A stretch of DNA of 32,000 bases from Candidatus Methanoperedens sp. (GCA_027460535.1 JAPZAR010000024.1:90001-122000); one strand, 5' to 3'. Positions 1 through 7,788 are shown, counted from the stretch's first letter. The notes: a model not told the origin generated them from the letters alone. Translations and numbers: made by a program.

Positions 1-71
1 TCTGTATTTTCCAGCGCAGCGCCTTCCAGCGCTTTTATTGTATCTTTTCCAGAAATAACAGGCAACTTCAA
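1..71 (-). CDS. hicA: HicA-like mRNA interferase toxin, N-terminal part only (gene runs off the window start)
   Basis: Minus-strand frame opens with a TTG overlapping the hicB stop (TTGA). It reads KLPVISGKDTIKALE..., the N-terminal HicA/YcfA signature also seen at 2461. The rest lies outside the window and the sequence after KALE looks atypical. Confidence 0.4.
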   Translation of the reverse strand, partial: MKLPVISGKDTIKALEGAALENT

Positions 72-268
72 ACCGTTACCTCTGCTACCTGTCCTGCACC
101 CATGAGGGAAATATCTTCTTCAGGTTCAAGGTAGAGTTCTATGGCTTCTTTTATGTTCTCAAGAGCTTCCTTTTTTGTTTTTCCCTGAGAAATGCAGCCC
201 GGAAGCGAAGGAACTTCGACAACGTACCAGCCATCTTCGCCTTCTGTGATAACGACTTTAAATTTCAT
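68..268 (-). CDS. hicB: HicB family antitoxin (UPF0150)
   Basis: 66-aa ORF. GWYVVEVPSLPGCISQGKTKKEALENIKEAIELYLE is the HicB/UPF0150 signature. A paralogue lies at 2256-2468. Its stop overlaps the putative hicA start. Confidence 0.8.
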   Translation of the reverse strand: MKFKVVITEGEDGWYVVEVPSLPGCISQGKTKKEALENIKEAIELYLEPEEDISLMGAGQVAEVTV

Positions 269-308
269 GGTGTTTATTTTGCATATATGTACTTATATGG
301 TTACTGTG

Positions 309-367
309 AATCAGCGCCGTTCTTCGAGTGCGCATGGGCGGCGCGCTTTCTTGCTGCGGAGGCGGCG
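309..367 (+). repeat. GC-rich intergenic repeat, copy 1 (diverged)
   Basis: AATCAGCGCCGTTCTTCGAGTGCGCATGGGCGGCGCGCTTTCTTGCTGCGGAGGCGGCG aligns with copies at 1309, 2122 and 2699 with a handful of substitutions. All copies share the same orientation. Confidence 0.8.
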
Positions 368-432
368 TTATGAGTAAAGCCGATGAGGCGTTTGGGCGAC
401 TGGAGCCAAATAGCTTCTTCTGGAACAAAACG

Positions 433-915
433 TTAATCTCCAAGAATAGCCTCTTTTGATTTTATTATCGTAAAATCTTTCTTTTCAATATCTGCAATAA
501 GTTTTTTCAGTTCGTCGTGCTTAAGGATTTTTCTTAGTTTCAAAGCCCTTAAAATGTCTTCCATATCCAGAAAATTAATGTTGTTTTGTCTGCAAAATTT
601 TTTCACGAATCTATCGTTTGTGAGCAAAATTCCATTTCTTGATTTACACAGCACAATCAACTGGCATTCGCCTTCATGCAGGTCTTTCCTGCTTTCCAGC
701 AGATTCCTGAAATCCTTGAATTCATCTTCAGAAGGAAGGATAATTTCGACATTTTGGAAAATTTCATCTACAAAAGAGTAGCCGGCGCGCTTTGAGCGCA
801 TGAGTTCTTCGTAAATGGAGGGAGAAATACCCAGTTCTCTGAAGAATTCCTTAAGATACTTTACCGCATTTGCCTTGGCAAAGGCACTCAGAATATCCGC
901 ATCTGCAAAAAACAT
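433..915 (-). CDS. PIN-like nucleic-acid-binding toxin (DUF3368 / COG2405 type)
   Basis: 160-aa ORF. Its ATG overlaps the stop of the upstream UPF0175 gene by 1 nt (TAATG). Size, the acidic residues (FFADADIL, HEGECQ, LTND) and pairing with a UPF0175 partner fit the known COG2886-COG2405 TA pair. Confidence 0.6.
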   Translation of the reverse strand: MFFADADILSAFAKANAVKYLKEFFRELGISPSIYEELMRSKRAGYSFVDEIFQNVEIILPSEDEFKDFRNLLESRKDLHEGECQLIVLCKSRNGILLTNDRFVKKFCRQNNINFLDMEDILRALKLRKILKHDELKKLIADIEKKDFTIIKSKEAILGD

Positions 916-1229
916 TAAACTAACCCGAGCTTTTTTAGTTTTTTGTCAATTTCTTTAACCGATTTACCTTCAGTTCTTCTAACTATACCCCTTCCCGCCA
1001 TGACTTCTTTAAACTCGATTGTTGTCATGCCTGCAAGCTCGGCAGCCCTTGCGAGTGAGACTTTTTCTTTGAGGTACAGTTCGATAGCTAAAGAAATCCT
1101 CAATTCTGCTTTTGTATTTAATAATGCTCTGAAAGCATCCCTCATTAAATCGGATTTTGAAGGATAGTATCCCTTTTTTACGAGAATATCAAGCTCTTCG
1201 CTTATATCCGGATAGTCTAATGCTTCCAT
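915..1229 (-). CDS. UPF0175 / COG2886 family antitoxin
   Basis: 104-aa ORF with the LAIELYLKEKVSLARAAELAGMTTIEF helix-turn-helix typical of UPF0175. It is translationally coupled to the downstream PIN-like gene. Confidence 0.6.
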   Translation of the reverse strand: MEALDYPDISEELDILVKKGYYPSKSDLMRDAFRALLNTKAELRISLAIELYLKEKVSLARAAELAGMTTIEFKEVMAGRGIVRRTEGKSVKEIDKKLKKLGLV

Positions 1230-1308
1230 TTTTGTATCACTGAATTACAATTGGAGACGAGACTTTAAATAGCTTTTCGAAAAGCTTCCAGCGCAGCCAA
1301 CCAGCCCT

Positions 1309-1386
1309 AATCGGCGCCGTTCTTTGAGTGCCCATGGGCGGCGCGCTTTCCTGTTGCGGAGGCTGCGGGATGGGCGCGAGGGCGAA
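1309..1386 (+). repeat. GC-rich intergenic repeat, copy 2
   Basis: 1309-1377 is identical base for base (69 nt) to 2699-2767. It contains the 10-bp palindrome GCCCATGGGC (1330-1339). Hand count gives about 68% G+C in an AT-rich neighbourhood. Confidence 0.9.
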
Positions 1387-1476
1387 TGAGTTCGGATGTT
1401 TCTCAGCAGGTGAAATAGTTCAGGCTGTTACTACATTTAGTAATCTTTATATGTACTACATATAATAACTACATAT

Positions 1477-1701
1477 ATGGATTACACGACTGTTTCAGCA
1501 AAGATACCAAGAGAAGTCAAGCATAAAATTGAAGAGTATGGAATAAAACCATCCGAAGTTATAAGAAAAGCTATACAGAATGAAATTAAAAAATTTGAGA
1601 TTATGAACCTCAAAAAAGAATCAGAATTGCTAAAACCAATTATCAATAAAATCAAGAGCGAACAGGTTGCAAAATCAATTCGGGAGGATAGGGAGAGATG
1701 A
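1477..1701 (+). CDS. vapB: Ribbon-helix-helix (VapB-like) antitoxin
   Basis: 74-aa ORF. Its N-terminus (TTVSAKIPREVKHKIEEYGIKPSEVIRKAIQNEI) has a strand-helix-helix pattern. It overlaps the downstream PIN gene by 4 nt (ATGA). Confidence 0.6.
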   Translation: MDYTTVSAKIPREVKHKIEEYGIKPSEVIRKAIQNEIKKFEIMNLKKESELLKPIINKIKSEQVAKSIREDRER

Positions 1702-2093
1702 TTTATGATGCAAGTTCCATTTATAGAGCTATCGAAATTGGAGATTTTAATAAGCTGCTGGAAGGAAAAACTCTGGATTTAGCGCAATATGAGCTTGGGA
1801 ACGTGGTCTGGAAAGAGGTTACAAGAAAGAAAATATCAGAAAGCGAAGGAGCAAAATTGATAAAATTTATCTCGAAGGTCATTTCTTTGATGGAGATTTT
1901 AAAAATCGGGATCAAGAATGAAGTTCTCAAGGTAGCGGTGGATAACAATTTGAGTTACTATGACGCCTCGTATCTCTATGCATCAATTTCAATGAAGGAT
2001 GTCCTTGTAACCGAGGATAAAAAGCTGCTTGATAGAGCGATTGAGTGCAGCGCGGATGCCGGAAGGTTTGAGGATCTTTTAGATAAAAAGTGA
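1698..2093 (+). CDS. vapC: VapC PIN-domain ribonuclease toxin
   Basis: 131 aa with N-terminal MIYDAS (first PIN Asp), YYDASYLY and VTEDKKL acidic motifs. It is coupled to an upstream small antitoxin. Confidence 0.8.
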   Translation: MIYDASSIYRAIEIGDFNKLLEGKTLDLAQYELGNVVWKEVTRKKISESEGAKLIKFISKVISLMEILKIGIKNEVLKVAVDNNLSYYDASYLYASISMKDVLVTEDKKLLDRAIECSADAGRFEDLLDKK

Positions 2094-2121
2094 CCAGAGC
2101 TTTCGGCGTGGTTTATTCCCG

Positions 2122-2160
2122 AACCGGCGCCGTCCTTTGAATGCGCATGGGCGGCACGCG
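2122..2160 (+). repeat. GC-rich intergenic repeat, copy 3 (truncated, diverged)
   Basis: AACCGGCGCCGTCCTTTGAATGCGCATGGGCGGCACGCG matches the 5' half of the repeat. The 3' half is absent. Confidence 0.7.
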
Positions 2161-2255
2161 GTGTATTCTGGACAGGATTCAGTGCAACATAAAGGGTAGC
2201 ATTGCATCTCATGCTGGGAAAACATTTTAACTCATAAACGGTATATTTCCAGACG

Positions 2256-2468
2256 ATGAAATACACAATCATACTTGAAAAAGAGGAAGAAGGCGGCTAC
2301 TCTGCCCAGTGTCTTGAGCTGCCTGGCGCCATCAGCCAGGGTGAAACAAAACAGGAAGCACTTCGAAATATTAAAGAGGCGATAGAGCTGGTTCTGGAAG
2401 TGATTAATGAAGAAGTAAAGACACTGGGGAATGCTGCTGAAATATCTGCGGTGGAAGTAAGTGTCTGA
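2256..2468 (+). CDS. hicB: HicB family antitoxin (UPF0150)
   Basis: 70 aa. GGYSAQCLELPGAISQGETKQEALRNIKEAIELVLE is the HicB signature. An intact ORF. Confidence 0.85.
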   Translation: MKYTIILEKEEEGGYSAQCLELPGAISQGETKQEALRNIKEAIELVLEVINEEVKTLGNAAEISAVEVSV

Positions 2469-2677
2469 AAAGCTGCCTGTTATCTCTGGAAAAGAGACAG
2501 TCAAAGTGCTGGTAAAATTGGTGTTTGAGGTTAGAATGGGAAGGGGTGACCATGTTGTTCTCAAGAAAGGTTTTCGAGTGTTTGTAGTACCTTCATAATC
2601 CTTTAAAGTAAGGGACTTTAAGGAAGATCTTGAAGCAGGCAGGCGTTTCTGTTGAAGAATTCAATACGATGTTATGA
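2461..2677 (+). pseudogene. hicA: hicA toxin pseudogene (one frameshift plus one in-frame TAA)
   Basis: GTG at 2461 overlaps the hicB stop and reads VSEKLPVISGKETVKVLVKLVFEVRMGRGDHVVLKKGFRVFVVPS, then stops at 2596-2598. The +1 frame continues HNPLK-TAA(2609-2611)-GTLRKILKQAGVSVEEFNTML, the conserved HicA C-terminus. Confidence 0.75.
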
Positions 2678-2698
2678 TTTGAGTTATCTCGAGGGTTG

Positions 2699-2780
2699 AA
2701 TCGGCGCCGTTCTTTGAGTGCCCATGGGCGGCGCGCTTTCCTGTTGCGGAGGCTGCGGGATGGGCGCAGGGGGGCGGCGA
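2699..2780 (+). repeat. GC-rich intergenic repeat, copy 4
   Basis: Identical to copy 2 over 69 nt (2699-2767), with a G-rich tail after that. Palindrome GCCCATGGGC at 2720-2729. Confidence 0.9.
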
Positions 2781-2799
2781 AGAACTTGTGGTATTTGAA

Positions 2800-3141
2800 T
2801 TAATCTGGAAGCCCCACTTCGGTTGTTGCATCGGCCAAGAGATGAAATACATAGCCGAGGAAAAAACTCGAAATAATATAAAAGATATTAATAAGTAAAC
2901 CTATCAAAGCTGTTATAATCAATATCTTACCCATTAATTTTAAAGCTCTTTTGCTATGACCTAAACCTCTGTGCATCCAGCTTGCAGGAGCTTCTAAAAT
3001 ATCTGGGATAATAGAACCTAAAACAACAGCTATAAATGCATATACGACTACATCTGTAGAAATTCTAATGATTAAATAAATGAGATAAGTGTACACTATA
3101 AAGGCGATAGCACCTATAGTTAAATGCTGTTGCCTATTCAT
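2800..3141 (-). CDS. Membrane-bound metal-dependent hydrolase, YdjM/DUF457-like
   Basis: 113 aa with 3-4 hydrophobic helices. Motifs PDILE, HRGLGHS and GYVFHLLADATT resemble the DUF457 His/Asp pattern. AT-rich gene. Confidence 0.5.
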   Translation of the reverse strand: MNRQQHLTIGAIAFIVYTYLIYLIIRISTDVVVYAFIAVVLGSIIPDILEAPASWMHRGLGHSKRALKLMGKILIITALIGLLINIFYIISSFFLGYVFHLLADATTEVGLPD

Positions 3142-3515
3142 TTTTGTTTTACAGCTTGTATAGCACGATATAACTCTAAGATGTCTGATCTATTCCCATT
3201 GACCTTGAATTCATTTAAATCAAGGTGCATTTTCTTTAAAATAGTACCTGTTTCAACCATTTTATAAGATTTTATTTGGTCAATTGGTATTTCATTGAGT
3301 ACATCAGATTTGAAAACAATTAAATTACTTTTACGTGTATAAAAAATAACTCGATTGTTCGTTACGTAGCCTTTGAAGCCTGCTATATTGCCAACATATA
3401 GACTACCTTTTGTCATATATACAACGCTTTCATTCGGCATTAGAAATTTTTCTATTCCCAGACCAGACAATCTTGAAGTTTCGCTTAAAGTTTTCTTAAC
3501 AATTTCTTCGACCAT
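3138..3515 (-). CDS. Hypothetical protein, possible bacterial-type PH/GRAM-like domain
   Basis: 125-aa ORF overlapping the downstream DUF457 gene by 4 nt. The pattern ESVVYMTKG...GYVTNNRVIFY...IPIDQI resembles bPH-type domains. This is weak, memory-based recognition. Confidence 0.35.
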   Translation of the reverse strand: MVEEIVKKTLSETSRLSGLGIEKFLMPNESVVYMTKGSLYVGNIAGFKGYVTNNRVIFYTRKSNLIVFKSDVLNEIPIDQIKSYKMVETGTILKKMHLDLNEFKVNGNRSDILELYRAIQAVKQK

Positions 3516-3607
3516 ACTTATCCCTCTGTCTAAATCATTAATTCTATAGTTGATAAATATATCGTAAGTCTTAATTCTCTAATTGTCAATAACAACCCTC
3601 AAACCCT

Positions 3608-3676
3608 ACTCCCCAGAACCACTTCGTCCTCGCATAATTTCCATCTGTGATCAGAATATCCCCTGCAAAACTCCTC
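3608..3676 (-). repeat. Orphan diverged duplicate of the lhr 3' end
   Basis: ACTCCCCAGAACCACTTCGTCCTCGCATAATT...ATCAGAATATCCCCTGCAAAACTCCTC aligns at roughly 80% identity, with 2 single-base indels, to 4376-4442. That segment encodes the last ~22 codons of lhr. Similarity ends abruptly on both sides. Confidence 0.8.
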
Positions 3677-3732
3677 AGAACTTCTGTATCAGAATGACTG
3701 AACTTGAAATCATCGGAAAACCTTCACCTTCC

Positions 3733-4125
3733 TCACTCCCCCAAATACACGACATCCTTCACGCCTTTAAAATGCGGGTCACCTGTCATGAGCATGGCGC
3801 CCTCCCTTTTTGCAGTTGCATAAACGATAGAATCGCCAAGACCCCATTTCATCTTATGTTTCAACCTCGCCGATTCAACGGCGATATTTTCATCCACTTC
3901 AAAGATGTATGACCTCTGCCTCATCGCCTCCCGTGAAGCTTCAGCAAGACGCTCGTTATCAGGATAAGGAAAATCCCGCAGGAATGAATTATATACTTCA
4001 GCAATATTGATGGCGCTTACTATCACTTTTTCTCTGGGATTTTCAATTAATTCCCTTACTTTCTCGCCATGAGTGGTTCCATTAAAATACTCTATCCAGC
4101 CCCAGGAATCAACCAAGACGGTCAT
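3733..4125 (-). CDS. vapC: VapC PIN-domain toxin
   Basis: The preferred start is the internal Met giving MTVLVDSWGWIEYF... (130 aa). PIN acidic residues are present: D6, NIAEV, GDSIVYATA, TGDPHF. The longer 165-aa ORF would overlap the antitoxin extensively. Confidence 0.8.
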   Translation of the reverse strand: MTVLVDSWGWIEYFNGTTHGEKVRELIENPREKVIVSAINIAEVYNSFLRDFPYPDNERLAEASREAMRQRSYIFEVDENIAVESARLKHKMKWGLGDSIVYATAKREGAMLMTGDPHFKGVKDVVYLGE

Positions 4126-4309
4126 CTTCTTCCTCGTGCCTCTTAAATTCCTTAAGTCCCGGAAATGCTCCAAAATACGATTTCTTAAACTTCTTCTTGG
4201 ATTTGATAAGCTCCCGGATAACTTCTTCATAGCTCTTGAGGTTCAGCTCCTTTTTCAAAGCGCTGAGTTCTTTCAGGAGGTCTTCATGCACCTGAATGGT
4301 TGTTACCAT
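4109..4309 (-). CDS. vapB: VapB-like antitoxin
   Basis: 66 aa from the internal Met (MVTTIQVHEDLLKELSALKKEL...). It overlaps the vapC start by 17 nt. The N-terminal extension of the 102-aa ORF would run into the lhr stop region. Confidence 0.55.
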   Translation of the reverse strand: MVTTIQVHEDLLKELSALKKELNLKSYEEVIRELIKSKKKFKKSYFGAFPGLKEFKRHEEEDDRLG

Positions 4310-4373
4310 TTTATCATCTATAGCTCTATAGATTATATGATGGGATAAAGCTTTACCATCCCTGAAATTTCCA

Positions 4374-7193
4374 CTACTCCCAGAACCTCTTGGTCTTCGC
4401 ATAATTCCTCTCAGCAATCAGAATATCCCTGTAAAACTCCTCCTCATCCTCCCTCATTTTCCCGATTACCCGCGAAGCAGTCTCAGGCCCGATCCCCCTC
4501 GACGCAAGCGCAATAGCCGCAGTCTTCCCGTGTGAGAGCACAATGTTCGCATTCCGATAAACCCGCGCGGTTCTTTTTCTCTCCTCCTCTGTTTTTTCCT
4601 TATCAGGTTTCTTCACGAGTTTTATCTCATCTTCTTCCCAAGGCTTGAGCGCAGCGATCAAACGACTGCTGCATAATGGGCATTCCGGGCGCTCGGGGAC
4701 TCTTTTAACCGCAGTATGGGAGCGCCACTTCTTGCAGTTCACGCAGAAAAGGATAACATGGTCATCCATTATCCTGCTCTTCAGCGCCATTATTATGGAA
4801 CTGTCCGCCCTCTCAGGCGCCATCAATTCCCGCCCTCCCATAAAACCCGCCTCGCCTATCGGGCTTACGGGCTGAACGATGAGCTTCACGCTGCCACTCT
4901 GGATCGCGCTCAATACGGACCTGGCACGTGTTATATCGAGCTTATCATGGAATATCTCCCGCACCGCTTCATCGTACATGGGCGTATGCTCGAAAACCTC
5001 AAGCAGCCTTCTCATACTTATGCGGTCATAATCCACGTCACGGCTCAGCGCGCCGAATTTCCGCGCCACATGCACCATCTTCCATTTGAGCAGCATGGTA
5101 TTCTTGAGCGTCATTTCAATTATCGGCTCTATGTGATCCGGGCTGGTCGTCAGTATCATTTCCTTTATCTTTTCTGCATTGAGCATCCGGGGAAGTTCAA
5201 GCTTTATCCTGTAAGGATCTATCTCCATTGCCACGCTTGAGCCGAACCTCGCGGTGAGAAGGGATGTGAGCACGCGCCCCAGGGTCTCGTTCACTTTATG
5301 ACCGCCGCAGATATTGATCACAATGGATTTCCCATCCTGTTCTATGATTGCTGTTTCATCGGTCGGCACCGTGAGTTTCGCCTTCTGCTGTTTCTGGATC
5401 AATTCAAGTATCTCGCCTGCTGCCTCGCTATCAGCAGGATAATCCTTTCTATATTCCTCTACAATTCTTTCTGGACTCAATCCGCTCGTTAGATTCGCAG
5501 CTATGCGCTTTCTTATCCCTCCCACTTCCTCTGCTACCTCATGGGGCACGGGTATCTCCTCTCCCACCCAGTTCGGGATCTCACCGCCCGGATCCGATAT
5601 CGGCTCCACTTTTATCCTGCTTTTATCAGTAATTATCTCGATGATGCGCCACATCTCGCCTTTTGCAATGAATACTGCGCCTGCTTCCGCAAAATCCACC
5701 ACGAATGCTTCGTCCAGTGCACCCACCGTCTTTCCGCTCACGATATCAAATATCTCAAAACGCTTCTCATCCGGTATCATGGAGAGATTTTCATAGAAAT
5801 ACTGCCAGCTCTTCCGTTTCTTTCCCACAGTGTCGTTCTCAAACCACACGAGCCTGTTGTCGTTCAATTGTTTGACAACCTCACGCAGTAACTCGATCTT
5901 GAGATCGCGATACGGATATGCCCTTTTAACAATCGAATAAACTTTTTCAATTGAAATCTCCCCGAAATCCAGCACCATTCCGCATACCTGGTTCGCCAAT
6001 GTATCCGTGCTGTTCTCATGAATATCTATTTTCTCAATCTCACCGGCCTTTGCCCTCCGCGTGATCGCGCTGGTTTCAGCTGCATCATCTGCACCTGTTG
6101 TTATTATCGTCCCGCTCGAAGGTTCTCCGACCCAGTGTCCTGCCCTTCCCACCCTCTGGATAAGTCGGGTGACCTGCCGTGGGGACATGTACTGGATCAC
6201 ATGGTCCACATCTCCGATATCTATCCCGAGTTCCATGGAGGAAGTGCATATAAGACCTGAAAGTATACCCTGTTTGAAATTATTTTCTGCTTCAATGCGC
6301 GTATCCCTGGAAAGAGAGCCGTGATGCACCCCGATGGGAATATTCAGCATCTTGAACCTAGAACCCAGCATCTCAGCGGATTCTCGAGTATTCACGAATA
6401 TAAGTGTGGATTTGTGATTTCCAACAATGTCAGAGATCACCCGAAGATGTGAAGCCATTTCCGGCGTGCACATCAGTTTTTTTGAAAAATCGTGGTCCTG
6501 CGAACCGGGTTTTGGGCATACTACATTGAAATCAAGCTGCTTTATGAGGGAGACTTCGACAACGCGGGCTGTTCTGTTCGTCCCTGCAAGAAAATGTGCG
6601 ATCTCTTCAGGTTCCCCCACAGTCGCAGATAGACCTATCCTCTGGAACTCCCCGCACACTTCGATAAGACGTTCAAGGGCGATGGATAGTTGTGCTCCCC
6701 TCTTAGAAGTAGCCAGTTCATGTACTTCATCAATAATCACATGCGTTACTGTTCTGAGGTTAGTGCGAAGCCGTCTACCGGTGAGCATTACCTGGAGCGT
6801 TTCAGGTGTGGTGACAAGGAGATCCGGAGGCTTAAGGGATTGCTTTTGCCGCTCATATGTGGTTGTATCCCCGTGCCTCACTGCCACCTTTATGCCCAGC
6901 TCTTTCCCCCACCATTCAAGACGTGAAAGCATATCACGGTTAAGTGCTCTCAGCGGAGTGATGTATAGCGCAGATATCCCGCGTCTTTCTTCTTCTTTTT
7001 TTTGCATGATGCTATCAAATAACGGGAGCACTGCAGATTCGGTTTTGCCCGAGCCTGTGGGTGCAATGAGCAATACGTGTTCTGCGGCAAGAATTGCCGG
7101 AATTGTTTTTACCTGGGGCTCAGTCGGGGTATTAAATCCCTGTTTAGCGAGTGCATCCTGGATCCGGGGATTGAGTAGACTGAACACGCTCAT
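4374..7193 (-). CDS. lhr: Lhr-like ATP-dependent DEXH-box helicase with C-terminal Zn-ribbon region
   Basis: 939 aa with Walker A APTGSGKT, motif II IIDEVHEL, LSATV and motif VI QRVGRAGH. It has the long C-terminal extension typical of the Lhr core, with CVNCKK...CPLCSS. Confidence 0.9.
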   Translation of the reverse strand: MSVFSLLNPRIQDALAKQGFNTPTEPQVKTIPAILAAEHVLLIAPTGSGKTESAVLPLFDSIMQKKEEERRGISALYITPLRALNRDMLSRLEWWGKELGIKVAVRHGDTTTYERQKQSLKPPDLLVTTPETLQVMLTGRRLRTNLRTVTHVIIDEVHELATSKRGAQLSIALERLIEVCGEFQRIGLSATVGEPEEIAHFLAGTNRTARVVEVSLIKQLDFNVVCPKPGSQDHDFSKKLMCTPEMASHLRVISDIVGNHKSTLIFVNTRESAEMLGSRFKMLNIPIGVHHGSLSRDTRIEAENNFKQGILSGLICTSSMELGIDIGDVDHVIQYMSPRQVTRLIQRVGRAGHWVGEPSSGTIITTGADDAAETSAITRRAKAGEIEKIDIHENSTDTLANQVCGMVLDFGEISIEKVYSIVKRAYPYRDLKIELLREVVKQLNDNRLVWFENDTVGKKRKSWQYFYENLSMIPDEKRFEIFDIVSGKTVGALDEAFVVDFAEAGAVFIAKGEMWRIIEIITDKSRIKVEPISDPGGEIPNWVGEEIPVPHEVAEEVGGIRKRIAANLTSGLSPERIVEEYRKDYPADSEAAGEILELIQKQQKAKLTVPTDETAIIEQDGKSIVINICGGHKVNETLGRVLTSLLTARFGSSVAMEIDPYRIKLELPRMLNAEKIKEMILTTSPDHIEPIIEMTLKNTMLLKWKMVHVARKFGALSRDVDYDRISMRRLLEVFEHTPMYDEAVREIFHDKLDITRARSVLSAIQSGSVKLIVQPVSPIGEAGFMGGRELMAPERADSSIIMALKSRIMDDHVILFCVNCKKWRSHTAVKRVPERPECPLCSSRLIAALKPWEEDEIKLVKKPDKEKTEEERKRTARVYRNANIVLSHGKTAAIALASRGIGPETASRVIGKMREDEEEFYRDILIAERNYAKTKRFWE

Positions 7194-7224
7194 GGACGTG
7201 AAAAGAAAATAAAACTATTTATAT

Positions 7225-7788
7225 CTATTCTATTACAGACGAACAATTGCCGTCTTTTCCGCTTTCGAGAACCATTTCCAGATAGGATTTGCGGATGGTC
7301 GATTCCCTGCTTATGTTCAGCTTTTCAAGCAATCTAAAGATACTCTCAACTTTTTCTTCATGATTCTTTGATTTCATCGCGGATATCTCGATCTCAATGA
7401 AATTTCCAAGATTCCTTACCTCATCAAGGGCAATAAAAAATTCTCCGAGCCTGTAATTTTTCCTTTTCTTCACTATGGTCGCAACGGGACAAAAACCAAG
7501 AGATGTTAAAATCTCTCCCATGTTATGACCGCCCTTTATCCCCACCTCGAATTCTTTTCTCGTTTTGGATATCTTGTCCATTTTGGGGCCTTTGTAGGTC
7601 AAAAAATATTCACTGCCTTTGACCCTTATTCTCAATGCTTCGTCCGTCTTTCCGAAATCACGGTATGGTGCGTTGTAATAAGTGTCTGCCTGGGTCTCTA
7701 TTCCTATAGGTGCTGCACCAAGTGCGATTATAGACCTCTCTAAGTGCTTGGGGTCATCCACATACGCTTTCACTTCGACTTCTATCAT
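7225..7788 (-). CDS. CYTH-domain protein (class IV adenylate cyclase / triphosphate tunnel metalloenzyme)
   Basis: 187 aa. The N-terminal IEVEVK is the ExExK CYTH signature, followed by the RIR and FIEIE strands of the tunnel fold. Confidence 0.8.
   Translation of the reverse strand: MIEVEVKAYVDDPKHLERSIIALGAAPIGIETQADTYYNAPYRDFGKTDEALRIRVKGSEYFLTYKGPKMDKISKTRKEFEVGIKGGHNMGEILTSLGFCPVATIVKKRKNYRLGEFFIALDEVRNLGNFIEIEISAMKSKNHEEKVESIFRLLEKLNISRESTIRKSYLEMVLESGKDGNCSSVIE

Noticed and set aside
9-1297. Shared 12-mer TTCCAGCGCAGC at 9-20 and 1286-1297 as evidence of a further hicA remnant
   Set aside because: By my estimate, tens of 12-mer coincidences are expected by chance in 32 kb, and the flanking sequence does not align.
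309-2780. GC-rich repeats as a CRISPR array
   Set aside because: Repeat spacing is about 580-1000 bp and the intervals contain complete TA genes. The repeats are 60-80 bp and diverged, and no cas genes are present.
309-2780. GC-rich repeats as integron attC sites (cassette array lacking an integrase)
   Set aside because: I could not find the RYYYAAC / GTTRRRY boundary cores or the extended imperfect palindrome of attC. Cassette genes point both ways and no integrase is in the window. The idea is kept only as an analogy in the finding.
258-2852. ORFs 258-443, 1976-2272 and 2661-2852 (minus strand), which read through the repeats as ...KRAAHGHSKNGAD...
   Set aside because: They exist only because the GC-rich repeat lacks stops. 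They overlap real genes or intergenic DNA and have no consistent start or length. The repeat may be a decayed coding remnant, but these are not called as CDS.
3583-3912. 109-aa plus-strand ORF
   Set aside because: It spans the orphan lhr-tail duplicate and runs antisense to vapC. It is proline/serine-rich with no motif, so it is considered spurious.
6427-7212. 261-aa plus-strand ORF (with others at 4716-5240 and 5541-5891) inside the helicase region
   Set aside because: They lie entirely antisense to a helicase gene with all canonical motifs. Their Ser/Arg/Cys-rich, low-complexity composition is typical of shadow ORFs.
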